This document shows, piece after piece, positions 58,436 through 64,000 of a DNA stretch of 64,000 bases. This DNA is from a virus. The stretch lies in the IMG/VR virus record IMGVR_UViG_3300014202_001519, one strand, 5' to 3'. The notes below the pieces were generated by a model, which was not told where the DNA came from, did not search any database, and saw only the letters and a list, made by a program, of their open reading frames with translations. Numbering within the stretch: position 1 is the first letter of the stretch; every line of letters starts with the position of its first letter. The position numbers and the translations under genes are program-made.

Positions 58436-58882
58436 ATACCCTCCAGTTTCTTCATAAACTCTGCAAATTCAGGGTCATCTTCTTGGCCATCTTCTTCTAC
58501 GACATGTGACCCTTCCATTATGAAGTCAGTGAAATCGGGATCAATTTTAGGTGCGAAGTATTCAGAGATATAGAAATATTCCTTGGGGAAGTATTCTTTC
58601 AACTTCCCCAAGAATAAATCTGCTTTGTCTTGAGTTGTAAATACAGCTATAACGAAACTGTGTTCGTCACCAGAGCAGCTAGTCTGACTTGAGAATATCG
58701 CTATCATCGAGTTCATTGGTGAGTCTATCCCCGTCTAGCCAATGGTTTTTATGAGGAGGACATTTCATCATTAGGTCGAGTAAGCCCATCTTCATCCACA
58801 TTCTTTCGCATTCCATTGCTTCGTGGAGAAACTTCTGATTAATGGTTGACTTCTTCTTTTTATCTGTCCAATAATTCTTCAT
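58432..58882 (-). other. two small hypothetical ORFs (58432-58716, 58679-58882)
   Basis: Overlapping ORFs with SD. Confidence 0.5.
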
Positions 58883-58890
58883 ATTTCCTT

Positions 58891-59727
58891 TTATGGAGGT
58901 GTTACCAAATCTGCGCCTGTTAGTGTGTATGGAATCGTGGTAATCTGGTCAGGGGTTATGTTGGCTCCAGTATAAACGTACTGAATCTTTCTGCCTAGAT
59001 CACCTACGACAGCACCAGCAAAATATTCAATAATTTCTGTAATACGGTTACTTCCATCCTGTGTGATTTTAGCGAATGAATGAGTGTTAGAACGCCCGTG
59101 TAGCAACTCCCAATCTGTCAACGGTGCGAGTGGGTTTAAGCCCGCTGCGGTAATAATTGCTGCATCTACAGGGTCCAATGGGTCAAGTGCGACCAACAAG
59201 GAAGGACCATCTGGATAGTTAAATCGCTCCTCAATGGTGAAACGATTGAAATACGATGGTAATTCCTTGACCTGTGCCCTATAGTTGAAATTCAATTTCT
59301 GTTCGGCACCAGCATTGGTTACATAGATTCTAGCTGCTTGACGTGCCTTTGTTGGTCTAATTAAGACTTTAAATGGCGATCCATAGGCTATATTGCCCTT
59401 GGTTGCATTGACATATGATGCTGTGAAATTATCGGCAAACAAAGGATTAGCGTTTAACAATGTAACAACTTCGTTAGCGGTGGTTGCCGCTGGGATTGCT
59501 CCTGCCACATTAACGGTAATTGGGGTAAAACCCCTTCGTAATGGGTCATAAGCAATATTGATAACGAAGTTTGGTACTACGCTGAAATCATATGGTTCGG
59601 CATTGCCCGAAACCATTTCTGCTATGTTATTAAGGTTGGCGGCTATAAAAAACTCGGCTTGCTGGTCGATTGGCCAAGTGCCTCTACCTCTAAACTCTTC
59701 GCCAATTGGATTCTGGAAAAAACTCAT
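58891..59727 (-). CDS. putative virion structural protein
   Basis: AATTANEVVTLLNA; TATATA upstream; AGGGG SD. Confidence 0.6.
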   Translation of the reverse strand: MSFFQNPIGEEFRGRGTWPIDQQAEFFIAANLNNIAEMVSGNAEPYDFSVVPNFVINIAYDPLRRGFTPITVNVAGAIPAATTANEVVTLLNANPLFADNFTASYVNATKGNIAYGSPFKVLIRPTKARQAARIYVTNAGAEQKLNFNYRAQVKELPSYFNRFTIEERFNYPDGPSLLVALDPLDPVDAAIITAAGLNPLAPLTDWELLHGRSNTHSFAKITQDGSNRITEIIEYFAGAVVGDLGRKIQYVYTGANITPDQITTIPYTLTGADLVTPP

Positions 59728-59788
59728 TTACACCCCTTCTATTGTTACTTATTATATAGAAGAGTTTAGCTAAATGCTTATATAAAAT

Positions 59789-60085
59789 ATGGACTTTCGC
59801 TTGTGGTTAGAAAAAACAGAATATTGTTTTGGTTGTGGGGAGCCAATTAATGAGCCTATGTTTATGGTAAATGATGATGTTTGGGAGGATTCAGCAATAC
59901 CAGAAAACGCACAGGTGCATTTGGCTTGTCTTGAAACTCACTTACAAAGAAAACTGACTAAGAATGATTTTTCCCAATATGCTAATACAGTAGTTAATAA
60001 ATGTAATTCACAAGTAAGAAGAATAACTGGATACCAGCTTACTCCACAAGATGTTCGATTGTGCAATGCAATGGTAGCTTGGTAA
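59789..60085 (+). CDS. hypothetical protein (MDFRLWLE N-terminus)
   Basis: CFGC...FMVNDDVW...HLACLE.HLQRKLT..DF; TATATA 4 nt before ATG. Confidence 0.65.
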   Translation: MDFRLWLEKTEYCFGCGEPINEPMFMVNDDVWEDSAIPENAQVHLACLETHLQRKLTKNDFSQYANTVVNKCNSQVRRITGYQLTPQDVRLCNAMVAW

Positions 60086-60243
60086 TTAACGGGTGACTAG
60101 CTTGCCCACTCTGCTTTTGGCTCAACTCCAGGTCATTCCGATGGAAGAGAACTTTGTCGCCTGGCGCAATGCGCTTTTTCCCGCTAGTCGGAAGGGGAAC
60201 CAAAACCACCTGTTCCCTTACCGCGCTGTCCTTTACCCATTAA
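60086..60243 (-). ncRNA. candidate multi-stem structured RNA
   Basis: Terminal 9-bp stem with G-U on minus strand, internal 7-bp and 8-bp stems, possible pseudoknot. Confidence 0.5.
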
Positions 60244-60244
60244 T

Positions 60245-60299
60245 AAAAAAATGCTCCGTGAGAGCAGGGTCCAGTTAAGGGGTGCCAGTCTCACGGAGC
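60245..60299 (-). terminator. 11-bp hairpin with 25-nt loop plus U7 tract
   Basis: GCTCCGTGAGA/TCTCACGGAGC-A-TTTTTTT. Confidence 0.65.
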
Positions 60300-60320
60300 T
60301 AAACCATAAAATATACTACT

Positions 60321-60348
60321 AACATACGCTACTTTTTGAGTTTGTCAA
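60321..60348 (-). promoter_or_regulatory. sigma70-type promoter TTGACA-N16-TATGTT
   Basis: Points into the non-coding region. Confidence 0.55.
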
Positions 60349-60859
60349 ATCCCATTTTCAGAATCATCGACTTCATCGGCCACTGCCAGCCCATGCTTGG
60401 ATCATGCCCATTCCAGGCACGCATCCACTCAACATACTTTGTCCAAATATCAGTGTTTTCCAGCAGTACCGCCCCAATGTATACATTCAAGCGGTTCGGG
60501 AAGTGATGTGCCTTCTGGAGAATGTTCAAGCCACCTTCAGCCCCAAACTCTCTAGCAGCGATTAAATACGCTGTAGACGAGCTTCTACTGATGCCAGCGG
60601 CACACGCCACAACCAGCTTCTTACGGCCCTTGGCGAAGTCTAGGCACTTCTGGACCGTCTCAGCGGTAGGTGCGACGTGCATCTTGTATTCGTAATGGTC
60701 AATGTCGTCCACGGGCATGTGGAGCGATTCCATTGCGTTATCTTTAATCAAGTCTATTTCGGGGGACTCAGAATGAGTGTAATAGACAACATCATACTGC
60801 TTGGGATTTTTTGCTACAAATTGCTCTAAATCCGTTCGTCCAAATATTTTAATTTCCAT
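60329..60859 (-). CDS. protein tyrosine/dual-specificity phosphatase-like
   Basis: DDID acid loop; VACAAGISRSS (CX5R); PN. Confidence 0.85.
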   Translation of the reverse strand: MEIKIFGRTDLEQFVAKNPKQYDVVYYTHSESPEIDLIKDNAMESLHMPVDDIDHYEYKMHVAPTAETVQKCLDFAKGRKKLVVACAAGISRSSSTAYLIAAREFGAEGGLNILQKAHHFPNRLNVYIGAVLLENTDIWTKYVEWMRAWNGHDPSMGWQWPMKSMILKMGFDKLKK

Positions 60860-60866
60860 GATTTAT

Positions 60867-61493
60867 TTACACGCTTTTGGAGTTTTTCTTACCCCTCTCT
60901 TCAGGACGGATGTAATAAATGTCCAAACCAAACCTATTATTAAGCTTGTCGTCAAGTTCACTAATGAGCTTTATATTAGTCTTACCATTGAAAATGTCTT
61001 CACACTTAACAGATTCACCATTAAACCATTTCAAAATACCTAAGCTCTTAGCGTATAAAGCTTTGTGTTGAGTGGGGGAAATCAGATGTGGTTCAGGCAG
61101 TTCATTGACAAGGTTATTGATAGCGATGTTGGCGTCACGGCCAACAGGCGTATAGATCATAACCTTGTGGATTGCTTGGGGTGGGATTCTGGCTTTATAA
61201 AGGCAAACGCCGCAATTAGTTAGGGATTGATCCCATTTGCGTTTACTACCTTTATAGGCAGGCGGTGGGGCAATCATTTCTGTATTGAGTTGATTGAAGT
61301 TTACAGAAATAATACCCCACCGCTCACCATTATTACATTGTTGTTTGCAGAAGAATCCTGGGTAAACATCTGTCAGAAAAATTGGCGGTTCTAAACCTTT
61401 AAGTGGGGCTAATTTAGCCGCCTGTTCTGTCGTACCGACATAGAGAAATTCTCTAGCCTGTTGCACACTGACTGAGTTTACTTTGGTCTTCAT
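60867..61493 (-). CDS. hypothetical protein, possibly a degenerate ART-like fold
   Basis: LYVGTT...GL.PPIFLTD...WDQSL...G...YKARIPPQAI. Confidence 0.5.
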   Translation of the reverse strand: MKTKVNSVSVQQAREFLYVGTTEQAAKLAPLKGLEPPIFLTDVYPGFFCKQQCNNGERWGIISVNFNQLNTEMIAPPPAYKGSKRKWDQSLTNCGVCLYKARIPPQAIHKVMIYTPVGRDANIAINNLVNELPEPHLISPTQHKALYAKSLGILKWFNGESVKCEDIFNGKTNIKLISELDDKLNNRFGLDIYYIRPEERGKKNSKSV

Positions 61494-61680
61494 GTTCCTG
61501 TGGTCCCCAGCTTCCATAATTCCATTGTGGTTTGGGGGCAAAATGCTTCGCAGACTCCGTTATTAACGTAATTTCCCTAAGAATTATGTCAATAGGTGCT
61601 GCGATTGCCAGTAGTTCATTTAGCCGTTTGGCTCTACCTTCTAGCAACCCCATATGATAGTTGTGATTGTATCCGCTCAT
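61453..61680 (-). CDS. small hypothetical protein
   Basis: GAGGTG SD. Confidence 0.55.
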   Translation of the reverse strand: MSGYNHNYHMGLLEGRAKRLNELLAIAAPIDIILREITLITESAKHFAPKPQWNYGSWGPQEHEDQSKLSQCATG

Positions 61681-61717
61681 TGTATCACCTCTTTCGGTCT
61701 TGTAAAGTAGAAAATAC

Positions 61718-62797
61718 TTAAGTTTGCATCGCCAGCGGGCAGATAGATCGTTCCAGCTTGTTCAGAACTTCTTGACATTCTTTGTTGTTTCCTATTACTT
61801 TGGACAATTCTTCGTTTTCACTATCAAGCACAGCCACTTTACGCAGTAGCTCTGCTTTTTCCGCGTTATTAGACGTAATCTTGTTAGCAACGTCCGCTAA
61901 CTCTTGCAGCTTGTCACGCATATTGACAAGCGTTGTCAAAATATCGACTTTGACTTTGATTTCTTCTTTTTTGGGGGCAGGCAGTTCAGGAAGGGGCGAA
62001 TCGTCTTTGGTTCTTGTTATAAAGGCGATTGCTCTTGGCGTTAGACTATAGCCTATAAGTTTCTCTCTATCATTCACCGTCTCCATGAGGTAATCACTTT
62101 TGGTCAATTCCGTCAACACCCTAGTCACAGCATTCTTTGTGTGCCCATCCTTGTCCCACTTACATTCATGCTTGAGCGTTTCTTTAAACTGAATCACGTT
62201 TCTACAGAAGTTCAAACCATTAACCGTCTGAATCTTCTGAAGAACATAACGCAGCTTATCGTTATGCTTTAGCACGCCCTGCAAGGTCTTGAAGTCAGGG
62301 CGATATTCCGTAACAACAGGTTCAGGGTCAGATTCCACAACAGGTTCTGCAACAACAGGCTTGGGAAACGGGGAAGGTGCAGGAGGCACATGGTTGTTGG
62401 CAACTTCCATTGTCTTCTTTTCCTTGTGTTCTTGCTGGCGAATGATACGGCTGACTGACTTTTCATTCGCTTTTAACTGATCGAAAAGATTTTTGGCGGA
62501 ATAGCCCGAACCTTGCGGGATGTAGAGTGTCATTTGATAGTCGTAATTGGAATGAACGTATGGCTTCACTCTCATAATAATGCCATAGTTCTTAAAACCA
62601 ACTAAACGAATTGGGCGACTCATACTGCTACAGTGTTTCTGCTTATCAACCCGACACTCCCACTCAAAGTTTTTCGTATAACCTGCACGATTAAGTAATG
62701 TTTCGACCAACTCTTTAGATTCAGTTGGCTTTTCTTTTTCCATGCCAGAGAAATGTTCCCCAGCAATGAACACATTTACAGTCGGGCCAGCTATCAT
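61718..62797 (-). CDS. hypothetical protein (possible winged helix plus C-terminal coiled coil)
   Basis: AVTRVLTELTKSDYL...YSLTPRA; heptad tail. Confidence 0.65.
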   Translation of the reverse strand: MIAGPTVNVFIAGEHFSGMEKEKPTESKELVETLLNRAGYTKNFEWECRVDKQKHCSSMSRPIRLVGFKNYGIIMRVKPYVHSNYDYQMTLYIPQGSGYSAKNLFDQLKANEKSVSRIIRQQEHKEKKTMEVANNHVPPAPSPFPKPVVAEPVVESDPEPVVTEYRPDFKTLQGVLKHNDKLRYVLQKIQTVNGLNFCRNVIQFKETLKHECKWDKDGHTKNAVTRVLTELTKSDYLMETVNDREKLIGYSLTPRAIAFITRTKDDSPLPELPAPKKEEIKVKVDILTTLVNMRDKLQELADVANKITSNNAEKAELLRKVAVLDSENEELSKVIGNNKECQEVLNKLERSICPLAMQT

Positions 62798-62827
62798 TTG
62801 AAAATCCCTCGTTGGATTGTCCTCATT

Positions 62828-62855
62828 ATTTTACTCCGAATATGCCCATTGTCAA
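62828..62855 (-). promoter_or_regulatory. sigma70-type promoter TTGACA-N16-TAAAAT
   Basis: Near consensus. Confidence 0.7.
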
Positions 62856-62896
62856 GAAACCCAATGGGTTTACAACTCAATAAGGGTTTGTCAAAC

Positions 62897-62931
62897 AAAA
62901 AAAGGACGAGAAAAAATCTCGTCCTTTTTTT
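62897..62931. terminator. intrinsic terminator (bidirectional-type)
   Basis: A7-GGACGAGA-loop-TCTCGTCC-T7. Confidence 0.85.
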
Positions 62932-62949
62932 GGCCTAAATGAAGATGGC

Positions 62950-63366
62950 CTACTTGCGCTTCGCTGCCGTAGCTTTCGCAGCCACTTTACGCGGCTGTTG
63001 CTTTTCGCAAGTCCTTGGTGGAGAACCAGTTAGCTCCTCCTCTGCCTGGAGCCAGTATTGGACTCCATCCGACTGAGGATAGCCAGCCGCTTCCCACTTC
63101 AGGTAAGCCAACTCCCGAATCTTGTCATCTGACATTCTTCGATCCCTTTCATTGTGTAAAAGACGCCTTCGTGCTTTTATTGCAGCCAAATCTACTTCTA
63201 ACTTCCTTTTGGCTACCACCATGTCGTTGAAAGCTGCACAAGTCTGCTGATATTTAATGAAACAGCGACCCAATTCGCTTGTAGCCTGGGTTGCTACAAG
63301 CTCAGCTTTTTGTTTATCTTCAATAGCAACGGCAAGCTGACGTTCTAGTTCGTAGAAGTTATCCAT
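62950..63366 (-). CDS. DUF2934 domain protein with N-terminal coiled coil
   Basis: IRELAYLKWEAAGYP..DG..YWLQAEEEL; start trimmed to MDNFYE. Confidence 0.8.
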   Translation of the reverse strand: MDNFYELERQLAVAIEDKQKAELVATQATSELGRCFIKYQQTCAAFNDMVVAKRKLEVDLAAIKARRRLLHNERDRRMSDDKIRELAYLKWEAAGYPQSDGVQYWLQAEEELTGSPPRTCEKQQPRKVAAKATAAKRK

Positions 63367-63637
63367 TTGATTTACTTGCAGAACCGCTGCCAAGGCAGCC
63401 AAGATCGACCAGTACCGCAACGATCAGTAGGATCAGCCATCCACCGTTTACATTGTGTTCGTTGTTTATCATAGCCGCCATATACGCAAGAGTCGTAAAT
63501 GGCATGAACAAGAAGCCTAACAACGGCCATATAACGGTATCATAGGCTTTGCTAAACCAGTCGGTTAGTAGCCAAATGAAGAACATTATAAGTCTAGGGG
63601 CGAGCAAAGCAATCAGAGTTATAAGACAACATCCCAT
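63359..63637 (-). CDS. conserved small membrane protein
   Basis: PRL....WL......AY...IWPLLGFLFMPFTTLAY; GGAGG SD. Confidence 0.7.
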   Translation of the reverse strand: MGCCLITLIALLAPRLIMFFIWLLTDWFSKAYDTVIWPLLGFLFMPFTTLAYMAAMINNEHNVNGGWLILLIVAVLVDLGCLGSGSASKSNG

Positions 63638-63650
63638 ATAAACCTCCTAG

Positions 63651-63723
63651 TGAGAGCGGCGGGGATCGAACCCGCGACCAATAGATTAAAAGTCTATTGC
63701 TCTACCAACTGAGCTACGCTCCC
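63651..63723 (-). tRNA. tRNA-Lys (UUU), no encoded CCA
   Basis: GGGAGCG/CGCTCTC acceptor, GCTC/GAGC D-arm, ATAGA-CTTTTAA-TCTAT anticodon arm, GCGGG-TTCGATC-CCCGC T-arm. Confidence 0.95.
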
Positions 63724-63980
63724 ATACGTTCTTTTAAACATTTATAAACAGGTTCGTCAGCATCCCATCCATTTTGTTCCATTCCAGCTAACCACCAATC
63801 CCAAAATTCTTTCAAATTAGGGTGTTGGAGTGTTTCTTTACCATTAAGAGTCAACAGTGCTGGACAGGGATTGTCCTTATAGTGAAGAAATACTGGAAGC
63901 CTTCCGAACCTTGTGGCTGTATAGTAAAAATTATCGTTAAGACGATTTTGCCATATACCGCATTCACGATAATCAGCCAC
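63714..63980 (-). CDS. hypothetical protein
   Basis: ORF whose last 10 nt overlap the tRNA 5' end. Confidence 0.45.
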   Translation of the reverse strand: MADYRECGIWQNRLNDNFYYTATRFGRLPVFLHYKDNPCPALLTLNGKETLQHPNLKEFWDWWLAGMEQNGWDADEPVYKCLKERMGA

Positions 63981-64000
63981 TTCGCCACTTGGAAACCTAA

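Noticed and set aside
60190-60222. Cobalamin riboswitch resemblance (AAGGGAAcaGGTG)
   Set aside because: The remaining B12-box elements are not found and there is no downstream gene on that strand.
60093-60278. 61-aa plus-strand ORF
   Set aside because: No SD or protein-like features; the region is better explained by RNA pairings on the minus strand.
1-64000. Genome-wide TAG/TGA recoding
   Set aside because: Coding density is high under code 11 and recognisable genes end properly at TAG and TGA; only pth2 has an internal stop.

Overview
A 64-kb segment of a large (jumbo/'huge') tailed dsDNA phage genome using the standard genetic code. Most genes are on the minus strand and look early/middle: an AAA+ ATPase, ArdC, RuvB-like, a sigma70-like factor, SpoU, two RNA-ligase-family proteins, HNHs, a macrodomain, an ADP-ribosylglycohydrolase, PncA/PncB, a vWA-PP2C-kinase (TerY-P-like) triad, DnaJ, a PTP-like protein, tRNA-Lys(UUU) and many small hypotheticals. 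These are interrupted by blocks of putative virion/adhesin genes (12.9-21.2 kb, 43.2-48.1 kb, 58.9-59.7 kb) and AT-rich glycan-modifying genes. The main finding, missed by the ORF track, is an otherwise intact Pth2-like peptidyl-tRNA hydrolase gene (55793-56146, minus). It has a strong SD and an amber stop at codon 4 (ATG ACT CAC TAG), so it is a minigene/readthrough switch candidate. Other notable items: a Preiss-Handler-type NAD salvage module with a membrane-anchored PncB; a stand-alone EF-Tu domain-II-like protein; a 20-bp tandem repeat forming a relay of coupled minigenes; three candidate structured RNAs; and three recurring regulatory motifs (TTGACA-N16-TAnnnT promoters, TAHATA directly before ATG, AATTGCAATTGTACCA). 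All family assignments are from motif recognition by eye; no searches were run.
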